This document shows positions 1-12,878 of a stretch of 64,000 bases of DNA, one piece after another. Origin of the DNA: Balanoglossus misakiensis (Eukaryota; Animalia; Hemichordata). A program made the position numbers and the translations under genes. How positions within the stretch are numbered: the stretch's first letter is position 1; every line of letters begins with the position of its first letter. The stretch lies in NCBI GenBank assembly GCA_040954595.2, contig CM082585.2, positions 572,814-636,813 of the forward strand, written 5' to 3'. The notes under the pieces were generated by a model, which was not told the DNA's origin, ran no database searches, and saw only the letters and a list, made by a program, of their open reading frames with translations.

Positions 1-821
1 TAGTCACTGTTGGTCAGGTTATTACACACTGTGGTCCCATCTGGGGATTACACAAAAGTAGGTATGTCTGTGTTCATGGGAAAAATCATGTGACATTGGC
101 AAGCAGATATGGCCTACTGTAAGAACATTTCAAAGGAACCAGACTAGTATTTTAGGGAAAACAACATTCAACAATGACAAAAACTGCCTCAAACCACATC
201 TATCCAACTATCAACAAATTGTATAATATCTACTTCAATCACCACGCCTACCAAAGTTGAAAGCAATCTGACTAGTAGTTTCAAAGAATACAAATTGCAA
301 AAATTGCCCCAAGACCACAATATGTAAATTTCACCAAAATGATATACAACATTACTTGGGTTACCTCTTGGAACAAGCATACCAAAATTTAAAAGCAATC
401 TAAGGAGTTTCTCAGAAAATGAATTTTGACCAAAAATGACAGATTACAAATTCTGCGACAATTTAAACAAAACCAACTAAGATCACCTACCGGAAGTGTC
501 ATACTAAATTCTAAAGAAATCAGCCAATCTCTTTAAGAGGAAAAGATTTTTTTTCAAATGGTAAAACAAGACAAAATAATTGCATAAAAAATAGACAATT
601 CACGATATAAACTCAAAGTATATCAGGTATGATGACATTACCTACATGCATACAAATGTTCAAAGCAGTCTAACCAGTTGTTGAGTTTTGATCAATTCCA
701 CATATTTCACAGGTTATTTGCGTATTTTTGCAATGACAACTTCATTTAAGCAAAATCCCATCTACACACCAAAATAAAAAAAGCGTGGTTTCATGTTTTG
801 GATCAGGGCAGACATACATCC

Positions 822-937
822 ATATATACATGTAACATGCATACACACATGTACACACACACACAAACACATGCATACATGGCTGCATACATACATACAT
901 ACATACATACATACATACATACATACATACATACATA
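822..937. repeat. (CA)n/(CATA)n microsatellite in a HINE-like element head
   Basis: Direct reading: catacatacatac... at 886-937, preceded by CA-rich repeats. Confidence 0.95.
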
Positions 938-989
938 CAGAGGGAAACGGTCTGGTAATCAATGTTGTGACACTGGCATTAGGCCTTAA

Positions 990-1429
990 ACCCCGGTGCG
1001 GAAAGTACTGGGGTTCGGATTAACGTGTGTTTGTACAGTTGTTTATTTGGGAGTGGTCGTCATGCATAATAACTGTGTAATTGATCTCATGTACATAGAA
1101 AATAATTGAACACTTTACACCTCTATGCGATTGACAGCTGTTTGAATGGCGTGGTTATTGTTTCCCAGGGATGCTTCTGAAAAGCACTGAAACCAGATTT
1201 CTCCCAAAATCATCGTTGTTTCAAAAGCTCGTGTACTTTTTCATCGATAACTTTATGTTGTGTGTGTTTATAAAGCCAACCACTGTCGTTGTGTGGTGTA
1301 ATTCTTTATGCTTGGATCTGTTTGGGCCGATTTTCATAGAGCCAAGATCGTTGGTGTTGTCTGTTGTCAGTCAAACGGCATTAAGATTCGCCACTGATTT
1401 GGGGGGTCTTTTATACCACGCATCGGGGT
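990..1429. mobile_element. 440-bp non-autonomous TTAA-targeting DNA transposon (Kolobok-like)
   Basis: TTAA at 986-989 and 1430-1433. Imperfect TIR ACCCCGGTGCG / CGCATCGGGGT. The matching site in the right arm is empty, with a single TTAA at 11238-11241. The first ~80 bp match the element end starting at 35659. Confidence 0.85.
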
Positions 1430-4127
1430 TTAATGTTTACGATATCAGGACAATTTATATCATATGAAGTTGTATGTATTCATAATTATTCAGAGAAGCA
1501 AATTTTTAAAAATGTGAAATTGTTATCAATCGGATGTGCACTGACAGCATGCTTATATGGAATACAGGTACTCTAACACAATCAGTCATAACACTTTTGA
1601 ATCATCAATAAATAACATATAGAATAATTTTACAGGATTTAATTATTTATATTTGAACGCAAAGCGTAAATTCCCTTGTGCCATGGAATTCACAATCTGC
1701 AACTGGTGGGGTCCTTCTGCCAGTAAGAAGCATCAGATAAATTCTGCATGCTCATCACCGAGGCAATTTAGGTGTACTTTTGTACTTTGAGAACTGTCGG
1801 TTTTCGCAACTGAAACTCTGCTCACAGGACGGAGGAAAAACTAGAATGACAACAGCTATGTAAGCTAACAAAAGAAACACAGAGCATAGTTCTCCATACT
1901 CATATTTTAATGCAATAATTTTTGCTGAAATTGGGGCGTCCGTGGGCAGGCAAAGGCAGTTCTAACTCAACTTGCAAATCAGGCCCATGTCTCTTGTTCC
2001 CTGAGACTGTCTGGTTCTAATAATAGCTGTAAGAACATAATCGTTGACCAAAGGGTTGGTTCAATTTTGCAACATTTTATGATTTCAAGCTGTGCAATAT
2101 TTGCAACTCTGTTTCAACTTTGGTTGGAGGGATGATGATGAAGCCATTTCACTGACAAAATAGCACTACTAACTGACATCCATATTTGTTTACAGTCAAA
2201 TGCATTGCCATCAGAAAAATGCATACGAAAAAATTCTTATGTGAATAATACACACTTTCTTGCACAACTGCAAACTCTGTCACATTTGTGAAATTTTAAG
2301 GAAATTCATTCATTGGGTAGCTTTATGAATTCTTAAACAAACTTAGTCATGAAACCTAAATGGTTACCTTACACATCTGGCGGCTCGACTTCTGTGATAT
2401 GATAGTCTTCAATTAATGTGTATGTGATTCCATACAAATCCATATGATTACCTGAACGTACAAAATAAATAAAAAATAAAACATAAATTAAAAATAAATA
2501 AGTATCTCATACATATGCATAAGTGCTTGTGATAAATATATCCTGTATTTAAATAAACCTGTTATTTATTGACCTCGTTTTCCTATTAACCCAAAGGACT
2601 AGATTGCACTGTAATATTATTACAGCTTCATTTCAATGCAACAGGTACACTACATCATATTGGAGCAAATATGCCAGCTCAACATTGATATAAAGAGTGT
2701 CAAAATATTGGTGGCTACAAAAGCTTGTGTCCCTTCAATCCATCCTCGCACTCAGGTGAAAACGAACGTCATTAGTTTTTGGGAAAAAACCTCTGAAATC
2801 AATTTCGGTGAGGCCAAATGTGTTCCAAAGGCAAACCGTTTCTGGTAAACAAATCAATGGCAAATAATTACTTCGGCGACATACCAATCAGTCAACATGG
2901 CTGCCTAATCGTTGGATAGCCCGGTTTCATCTCGCGATCATTCTATCTTCCGATATGGCGTTGCATGGTTAAATTCGTCTCTTCTTTGCCGACATAGTCA
3001 GGCGACAGCGGTCCAGAAGCATAGGCAGCGACGCCATCTTGTTTACAATGTGAAGTATCGACTGCGCATGCTCAATAATTTTCCGCGTTTTTTTTTTTTG
3101 CCAACGGCGCGCGCGGTGTCTGGTATAGAGAAAATAACATGCAAGTGCCCGATTATTCATTTGTAAAAAATCAGTTATACATTTGTCATCAACGTTTGAA
3201 AACTTTCAATGATCTTACCTCGGTAAGCATTTCAAATAGATACATTTTTATTTAGAACCATCGTATGTGGAAAATAATAAAACACAGAGTGGGGATTGGC
3301 CCTATGTTTGACTTGATCATACCCAGCTCGGTTTGCGTTTTGTCATTGACGAGGGTGTCAGACTTTTGCTGAGAGAGTGAGTTTCTATAGCGTAAACGTT
3401 TATCGACTGGACTTTCTGTGCGCCAACAATTACATTATTTGTGGCCGGGGAACACGTGCAACTTTTGATGACTGTTTTTCTAGCGCCGTGTTTTTATCTT
3501 ACGACCTAGAATACCTGCTTTCGTCACCATGGTCTGCTCTGCACGTACTATGCTTTCCAGTTTATGTAGCTTGAAGTTGTACCACATTTTGGTTTCCGAG
3601 CTGTAGCGAACATAAAACCGAAACTAATAGCTACGTGTTGACCGCAGCGACTGCGTGTTTTTTTGTTGTATTCCCAACCTACAGTTTATTCTCATTCAGC
3701 TCAGACTGAGGTCGCTTCTAAGAGAAAAAACAACAACATATTTTGGCTGCTGCCAGACCAGGAATGGAAAATCTTGAGTGGCGCTGGGCTGCATTTCTCT
3801 GTAGGACTGTAGTTGTATTGTGCAAGGGTTCGCCAGCATCGCCTTCAGACTTGTTGTCATAGTCACTGGTGGCGGTTTGTCCTGCACTACTCGTCGTTCT
3901 ATTTGATGTGGTGGTATTATTCCCAGATGTCTGTGCCGAGGATCCTGCCCGTTTTCCGATTCTCTTCGTTTTGTCGGCCATTTGCTTCACTTTTTCTGTC
4001 ATTGTTGCGACGTCAGTCTCTGTTGTTGTTCGAAGGAGGCGAAAGTCCATTCACCATTAATAGCCGAATTTCCAAGATCGTCCGTTAATTACAATGCGAC
4101 GTCACGCTACCATGTCCTAAGAAAGAC

Positions 4128-4310
4128 TACAGGGCACATTTTTTTATCTCGTGCGCACGACTTACGTGTGCATGTGATATTTTCTCGTGAACACGAGTGC
4201 GCTCGCAATTTTCTCGTGCGCACGAGATATGCACGAGATAGCATGTTTCTCGTGCACACGAGAAAACATCTCGCTGGAACAAGATACTATCTCTTGCACA
4301 AGAAATAGAA
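4128..4310. repeat. Array of palindromic TCTCGTGCGCACGAGA-like units, probably a small non-autonomous DNA transposon
   Basis: About 6-8 degenerate copies of ctcgtg(c/a)(g/a)cacgag read directly. Confidence 0.6.
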
Positions 4311-6802
4311 TAACTGGCAGCCACTATGATGTCTGCCACAGGCAAATTTAAATATTCCACTCTGGATCTTCTTTCAGCCCTTCGGAAAACATGAGCATTT
4401 ATGAAATCCGGCTCTCAATTTTTCGAGAAGTTCCAGCAGTTGTGGTGTCGCCAAAAACGAATGTATGCCATTCCTGGCGGAAAAAATTATGCAAGAGACG
4501 CTTGCAATACACTGCCATCTACCTGACCGCCCTACATGCCTTAATGTAAGGTAGAAGGTCGGGCGGTAGGAAGAGTTCACCAAAAGAGGGCGCATTTTAT
4601 CATCCATTGATTTATACTGTGTACGAGCAGAGAAGCCTCAGTGTTCGCGGTTAGAACCGTATCGGTAAGACAAAGACAGAAGAGTTGACAGACAACAAAC
4701 TTATTCAGTTTATATCATATAATTCTTACTGTAAAACGTTCCCTGAATAAAGCCTTGTGCTCATAAGAACATTGAAGATTGTCGCATACAGACCGACACC
4801 CTTTTATCTATTGTAGGTATTGAATAGAACGCTAAATACCTGTGTATTTCTTATTCATTAAGCAATGATGTAACACAACAAGTTTCGGACAGTGTGAAGA
4901 AAGGGCCAAAGCACTCTTGCAAGTTAGTGTTGTGTACTCTTTTCCAACACTGCTGCAAGCTGTTCAGCACCTGATGCTGCTTGTATCTCCGATGACACAT
5001 GGACAGTCTGTGTGCTGTCAAAGTAAATCCATCAATTTTGCGGAGCTGAAAGGAAAATGACAGCTTGTCAAACTCAAATCTGCCAGACGAAATAGGGAAA
5101 GAAATGCATAACAGGTAATCCACCATAGTATGAATTTTAGCCAGCATCCTATGAAATGCGGTGAAACGGAACTGCAATTAATTTTAAATGAATTCTGCTC
5201 AAATTGTTTTGTTAGTTCTCAACATTGGATTGGAACCGTTAAATATAATGTACCGTATAACATTATCATACAGGTTAGTATGTCAAATATTTTTCCATTT
5301 GGCATTTTCTTCTTGAGGTCATTTCTACAGTATGCACACCACAGTTTGTGAGATATGGACAGAAACAAACAGGAATCTATGCAATGTTATAATAGTATAT
5401 TATTGTTAACAAGAAAGCGGCAACTCTCTGCCTGGCAGAGAATAATGATAGTCTTTTTGAAAAAAGGGCGTGCTGAGGATATGGTCAGTCAAAAACATAC
5501 ATGTATAAGGTATGCCTGAACTAATTTTTAACATGGTGTACATAAATATTTATGCATTGTCACAATGACTGTAGGTCTTTAAATGACCAAGCTGTATGGA
5601 CACCTCATTCAATGTTACATATATTTGTTATTACATGTTTTATTGAAATTGCCAGTTGTCTGTTTTAATTCTGGCAGTTCTGCTGTGTCTTTTGTCTTGC
5701 CCTGACAGAATGCAGTAATATTTGCAGTACAAGAGGAGTGTCAGTAAATAGTGGAGCAATATCTTTCTACGAATGTACTCATGCATTGCTCCAAAGTGAA
5801 GTACATTCGCAAAACCAGTTTGGGAAATCGGGACTCTTTTCAAGATAATACCACATTTTTGTGGATGTCACATGACATGGAAACACTCTAGAATCACGAT
5901 TGAGATAAGGTTTCGGTTTGATATACCACTTCCTTGTTATTTCAATCTGTATGTTTTCTTAACCCCCTCCCTCGAAAAAAGGTAATTGAGGTAATTGTAA
6001 AATTACCTGAAAACAAACAGGCTACTCTAGCCTCCATTTTATGAGGTTTGTGATGTAACATATTTTGAATTTCGTGAATCGATCAAAAGTTTCCGTGCAC
6101 CAACTATCAAAACTATACCAAAAAATAATTTGGGCAATTCATAAGGAGAATCTCGTGGGTCAGCGGCTAAAGAACTGACGTAAGTGTAAGTATCAGAGGA
6201 TTGTGGGTACGAGGCTGGGAAGAGCAAAACTCGAACACTCATGAAATCTACACGTGACGCCAAATTCTTTGTAATATGAACAGTGGAAAACTGCCATGCC
6301 ATCCCTCTAAGTGCAAACTTCCAAAGATTTCAATCTGGTGATATTTAAAAAAAAATATTTTATTCAAATTCATGTGGTGATATTTGAAAAACAATATTTT
6401 ATTCAAATTCATGTTATAAATTAAACTTGCATCTATGATATGGAAATTACTCTGTCTTATATAACAAAAATACAAATAACTTGGTTAGATGACCAAAGAT
6501 TTCCCATCTCGAAAAGTTTCTACCAAAATGACCAACTCCAAATCTGCTAAGAGAGCCCTAGCTAATTTAATCACTGCACATTACTCTCGATAAAACGAAA
6601 TATTGCGCATTCATTTTGTCCTTGAATTGAAATGCATGGCCAGTGTTCATAGACTTCACACACACAGGATGTTTAAGGAGTTGAATTGTTATTGACAGCG
6701 ACCAGGTCGGTAGATTCTATAGGATGAAGAAAAAATGAAAAGACAGTCAGTACATAGCTAAATTCTCCTATACAAGGGCGTCTTCAATTGGTACAGTGAC
6801 TG

Positions 6803-6890
6803 ACTGAATGGATGAATGAATGAATGAATGAATGAATGAATGAATGAATGAATGAATGAATGAATGAATGAATGAATGAATGATGAACGG
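6803..6890. repeat. (TGAA)n microsatellite
   Basis: Direct reading. Confidence 0.95.
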
Positions 6891-7773
6891 ATGAGTCGTA
6901 ATAATATGCTTCAATCATAGGGGCTTTGAAAATTATTAAAAAAAATAAAAAATAATGTACTCACAACCGACATTTATACAACAGACAGCTCAAGAAACTC
7001 CTTCATGTGTACAATACTTTGCCAATTTAGTGACAACATCAGCTTGCAGAGCACGTGAGCACCGCTTTCGCCAGCCTGTGGTGCCCGCATATCTTTTTTG
7101 TTCAGCAGTAACATGCACGACACATGCAGAGACACAAACGTCCATGTTGCAAATTGTAGATGAAAGCATCAGCTGCGCTGGTTTTATGGTCAGCATCACT
7201 GGCTGTTACATGAAAACTGTTTGTCACATACCTTAACCAACATATACGTGTATCTGTATGGAAAGAAAGTAGGCTCACCCCCGGTAAAGTATTATTTTTT
7301 TTGCATGCACGCAATGGCCTGAATTTGCTAAACTGGGATCATCTGCGCGCATTTCAAAACGTGCTCGTTGCTTAACTTCGCGTGCTTTACTACTCACAAT
7401 TATTCCACTTGTGAACGAACACGTCACCCAATTTTACAGTGTAGCCATGTGGAAAACTGGTGACAAGGTAATATTTCATTCGAAGATCAACCTACGTTCA
7501 GAAAGTTTGCATTGTGGTGAATTCTCACTGCTCTCGCAATGCGGTCTGTGGCTCACTGCCGCAGACCGCATTACACGTAGAAATAAATTCTGTACGTCAG
7601 AGTTCGTAGGTCGCATAGGTCATGGAGTTAATCCATTATACATTGCGGCTTACAATTTCTCGTGACCCTCTTATCATGCAGCTTGTGTGTTACTGACCAC
7701 TGACGCATGTCAAAACACTCAATATTTTTTTTTAAATTTGCAAAATCTTTCATTTTAAAGTCGTGATACTCAC

Positions 7774-8865
7774 TGCAGATAGCATTCTTTTCAGTAGGAA
7801 CTATTTCTGCTGCCATTTCAATATTGTCTGTATTCCATGTAAATATATTTCCTCCAATTGAACAGTCCCCCGCCACAGCTGCAACCTCTTCTGCAGTCAG
7901 AACTTTTGACCACATGTATGTCATTTAGTCAAGACAATTTGGGAGAACTGTAGTTTAAAGCCTCCAAAGCTGCCACTTTTTGCATTATTTTCATGATTTT
8001 ATTTTCCAACTTAAATTGGTTCATCAAAATAAGCTTACTGATAGGTATACATAAACATCTTATCGATGCCCGATTGTGACTGCATGTTGCAATTGGAACA
8101 TGCTATGTATTAAAACGGTGCCTCACCGATTTAATCAGCCTTCATACAAACAATAGCAGCTAAGCAGCTATCGTGAAATGCGACGCCAAGTGATGACAAA
8201 CCAATGCAAATGCAAGTAATATGGCTTAATGGTCACGGGTGAAGATTTTAGGGAATAGGGAATATACATATGAAGTATTTTACTCTGGAAAAAAATATGC
8301 CAATTTTAGCAGCTATAGGGTTTTTAAAGCGCGGGCGAAGTATGAACAGATGCAGTAAATATCGATACATTGTATTTTGGAGGTTTCTCATAACCATGAT
8401 TGGTTGGCTAATTATGCGGCGTTTTCTAAATAAAAGGAACAATATTAATTTATTGTTGGGGCTCACCTCCGTTAACATCTTGCCGTCTCTGCTGAGTGTT
8501 GGCCTCTTCCAGCGGCACGTGTTTGCCCTTTACGGCATGCTGTAAAATATTTAGAATAGCGCTGCCATTTGATCAAAGGATAAGCTGGCTTCGCGTGTTA
8601 GGGATGTGTGTCTGACGACTATGCCTCGAAGCAAAAGACACAGCCGACCCTGCCACGCAGATTCATTTGTTGTGTCACACATTTTCGATCCAAGAAGAGA
8701 ATATCAACCTTGACGTTGCGAAAATGACAAGAAACTTTCACTCATATAGGTTGTGTGATTACTTACCCGCAACTTGTTGGGAATTGCTGTCACCAGAGGT
8801 GCCCACAGCGTGAAAGCCAGAATGACTGCGACGCCTGCATTGGAGTTCGTCATGAATGGAAACAT
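7774..8865 (-). pseudogene. Remnant of a secreted pentraxin/LamG-domain gene (signal-peptide exon plus PTX C-terminal exon)
   Basis: Exon 8865-8767 encodes MFPFMTNSNAGVAVILAFTLWAPLVTAIPNKLR followed by gtaagt. Segment 7924-7774 encodes YMWSKVLTAEEVAAVAGDCSIGGNIFTW...C followed by gtgagt, matching the pentraxin C-terminal MWxxVLxxxE...C...GNxxxW pattern. The N-terminal part of the domain was not found. Confidence 0.5.
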
Positions 8866-9395
8866 CGATGAACACGTTCGGTCTTCGATGAGGCTAGTGT
8901 CCACAGAATAGGCATTCTTTTATAACGCAGCTGGGAGGTGGTAAATCCATTGTGATCACCATGCTATTAGTAGCCCAAGCAGTCAAAATTTGCGAAAAAT
9001 ATATAAATATGGAAAAATATATCAATGGGATCAATAGTTATTAAGCACTTTTTAAAAACAAATGACACCGTAAGATCAATTATCTTGTTTTCCGCGACAA
9101 GTTTCAACATGGTATGTCAGCGCTACCAGTGAATAATATTATTAGAAACTATGACAGCTGTAACCGTGCGATTAATGATTTGATCAATTTTAATCATATA
9201 CTTGTAAATATTTGCGCGGGTGCTGGTTTAATAAACTGTGTTGATATATAGGTGGAAGACTGTTTAGTTTTCCAGTCAATTATGTGATGTATTACGCCTG
9301 ACGCTTAAATGATTTGGTCCAGGGAGAATAACCGCGTTTGGCCGGTCAAGCGAACCCTGGATCTTGCAGGCTCTGCCCACTTTCCAATCAACAAC

Positions 9396-12240
9396 CATTG
9401 AGCATGCGCAGTTGATACTTCACATTGTAAACAAGATGGCGTCGCTGTATATGCTTCTGGACCGCTGTCGCCCGACTATGTCGGCAAAGAAGAGACGAAT
9501 TTAACCAAGCAACGCCATATCGGAAGATAGAATGATCGCGAGATGAAACCGGGATATCCAACGATTTGGCAGCCATGTTGATTGATTGGTAAGTCGCCGA
9601 AGTAACTATTTGCCATTGATTTGTTTACCAGAAACGGTTTGCCTTTGGAACACATTTGACCTCACCGAAATTGATTTCAGAGTTTTTTCCCAAGAACTAA
9701 TGACGTTCGTTTTCACCTTTCTGTCCCGAAGTTGCAAACGTGTTGTCTCTGAGAAAATAAATGTGATTTGTACCCGCGATAATCATAGTTCGGATTTCAA
9801 CCCACAACATCAACGCCAGCCATTCACCAACATGTGCCAGATAATGTTTATCAGTCATATTTTCTCAGTCTGAATTTACAAAAGACTAATTGTATATTAT
9901 GCACATTGCAATTTTAATATGTAACACGTTTGACCTGAGTGGGAGAATGGATTGAAGGGACACAAGCTTTTGTAGCCACTTATATTTTGACACTGTTTAT
10001 ATAAATGTTGAGCTGGCATATTTGTTCCCTTATGATGTAGTGTACCTGTTGCATTGAAATGAAGCTGTAATATTAAAGTGCAATTTAGTCCTTTGGTTTA
10101 CTGGGAAAATGAGGTCAATAAATGACAGATTTATTTAGATATATGATATATTTCTCACAAGCACTTATGCATATGTATGAGAAACTTATTTATTTTTAAT
10201 TTATGTATTTATTTTTAATTTATTTTGTATGTTCAGGTAATCATATGGATTTGTATGGAATCACATACACATTAATTAAAGACTATCATATCACAGAAGT
10301 CGAGCCTCCACATGTGTAAGGTAACCATTTAGGTTTCATGACTAAGTTTGTTTAAGAATTCATAATGCACGAATTCTACCTAATGAATGAATTTTCTTAG
10401 AATTTCACAACTGTGACAGGGTTTGCAGTTATGCGAAAAAGTGTTATTATTCACATACGAAACTTTTCGTATACATTTTTCTGATGGCAATGCATTTAAC
10501 TTTGAACAAATATTGACGTCAATTAGTAGTGCTATTTTGTCAGTGAAATTGCTTCATCATCATCCCTCCAACCAAAGTTGAAACTGAGTTGCAAATATTG
10601 CACAGCTTGAAATCATAAAATGTTGCAAAATTGAACCAACCATTCGGTCAACGATTATGTTCTTACAGCTATTATTAGAAGCAGACAGTCTCAGGGAACA
10701 AGATACATGGGCCTGATTTGCAAACTGAGTTGGAACTAACCTTGCCTGCCCATGGATGCGCCAATTCAGTGAATCTTATCGTATGAAAAATGAATATGGA
10801 GAACTATTCTCTGTGTTGTGATTGTTAGCCTACATGTATACATATGTACCTTGAGTGATTCCACTTTCTTCAGTGTCCTGTGAATTCAGTTGCCATAACT
10901 TGCGCTTCACACAGCACATACATGTAGGTCTAATCAATTGGGCAACTGGGTCTTACAATATTATCTGATGCCTCTTACTGGCCGAAGGACCACAAGTTGC
11001 ATTTTCACATCGCATATAAATAGAAAACCCATTAATTTCTACTGTATGATTTTATTGACGATTCAATAGTTTCATGACTGTTAGTGTTAATTACAATACC
11101 TAAATTCCCAAATGAAAGCATGCTGTCAGTTTTCATGTGATTGATATTAATTTTACAATTTCAAAATATGCTTAGCTCTGAATGATTATGAACATATCAA
11201 ACTTCATGTTAAATAAACTGTCTTGATATTGTATACATTAAGGCCTACTACCAGTGTCACAACATTGATTTCCTGCATTTTTGCTCATGCCTTCTGACCA
11301 GTCAGTTGCCTCTGTATGTGTGTATGTAGTATGTATGGATGTATGTATGTCTGTCCACATCAAAAACTTGAAAACCCCTTCGCGTATCCCCTTGATATTT
11401 GGTGTGTAGATGCAGGCCAGCCTGTAAATAGGATTTTGTTCATATTAAGAAGGTTGAAGTATTTTCATGATTGGTTTTATTTGATTACTCCAGAAACATA
11501 CAATACAGAGTCTGTGTGGTAAGTCTTGATATTGGGTTTTTAGATGCAGGCACGCCTGTTCAAATGAAATATGCTAATTACCTGGAGCAATGTGAAATTG
11601 ATCAAAACTCAGAAACTCAACAATTGGTCAGATTGCTTTGAACATTTGTATGCATGTAGCTTATGTCACGCCTGATATACTTTCAGCTAATATCGTGAAT
11701 TGTATCTAGAATTTAGTATGCTATTTCCTATAGGTAATCTTTGTTAGTATTGTTTAAATTGTGGCAAAATTTGTAATTTTTGGGAAATATAATTTTGTCA
11801 TTTTTGGTCAAAAATCATTTTCTCTGAAACTCCATGTCAGGTCAGGTTGCATTTAAATTTTGGTTTGCTTGTTCCATGAGGTAACCCAAGTAATGTTGTA
11901 TATCATTTTGGTGAAATTTGCATATTTGTGGTCTTGAGGCAATTTTTGCAATTTGTATTCTTTGAAACCGCATGTCAAATTGCTTTCAATTTTGGTAGGC
12001 ATGTTCCTTGTGGTGATTGTAGTGAGATATTGTTGGATTTGTTGATATCTGAATTTTTGTGGTTGAGGCAGTTTTTGTCATTGTTGAAGAAATGTTGTTT
12101 TCACTGAAAATACTCCGATTCCTGTGAAATTGTATTAGGTTACCTGGTAGGTCATATCTGCTTGGCAATGTCACAGCGGTGTACACACCTATTTTTGTGT
12201 AATCCAAAGTGTGTAATAACCTAGCAAATATTTACTAGTA
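9396..12240. repeat. Right arm of the ~3-kb inverted repeat, including a HINE-like element at ~11279-12240
   Basis: Reverse complement of 1-3076. It lacks the 990-1429 insertion and has an extra ~215 bp at ~9720-9935. Confidence 0.9.
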
Positions 12241-12878
12241 AATCATGTATGTTCTACTTCTTACAAGGTTGAAGTATGTTGATGTCTGGGTTAAATGGGA
12301 TTCTTCAGAAACATACAATACAGAGTCTGTGGTACAGTTCATGGTCACATTCAGAATTACCTAGTCTATATCCAGCCGTGTTCTGTCCGCTTTGCTTCCA
12401 AAAGTATCGTCTAGTGTCATGCATGCCACTTGCCCAATAATCTGACACCCCTTGCTGGGAAATTTGATGTAACAAGTGTCCCTTAGTGAAATTATTAACA
12501 TAAACTGAACAATGTTGATTTAGCGTAAGATTATAGTGAAGGCAGGGCTTATTACATTGAAAATGCTATCCAGCCTTAATTACACATTATGAATATCCTT
12601 TGTCCAATCATTGGAAAAACAATGTACCGTAGACTTGCATAGCACTTTGAAGGTGAATCGCAAGTGGTCACTTTAATTACATTACCTCAAGCAGTCTTTT
12701 ACATGTAGCTATAATAAGACAAAAATTCCCGGTGTAATTAACATCACTGTTGTTATTAGTATCTATCTCCGATAAGTATCAAGTCTGCCTTATGTTATTT
12801 TAAGTCAATTGTCAGGTTCATGTACATATTTTACAACTTATCTATCTTGTCAAAAACTTTCGCATGTACCTAATTCTA

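Larger units (their letters stand above)
1..3076. repeat. Left arm of a ~3-kb inverted repeat (partner 9396-12240)
   Basis: Reverse-complement matches along the whole arm. Examples: 2881-3073 vs 9400-9600 (near-identical ORFs 2912+ and 9388-), 2300-2760 vs 9935-10430, and 14-70 vs 12181-12225. Confidence 0.9.

Noticed and set aside
742-1023. Four overlapping ORFs (MYVC.../HTYI...)
   Set aside because: They are translations of the (CATA)n microsatellite.
7925-7980. GSFGGF as part of the pentraxin motif
   Set aside because: It overlaps a dispersed repeat (~7960-8250, also at ~14360-14660), so it is probably coincidental.
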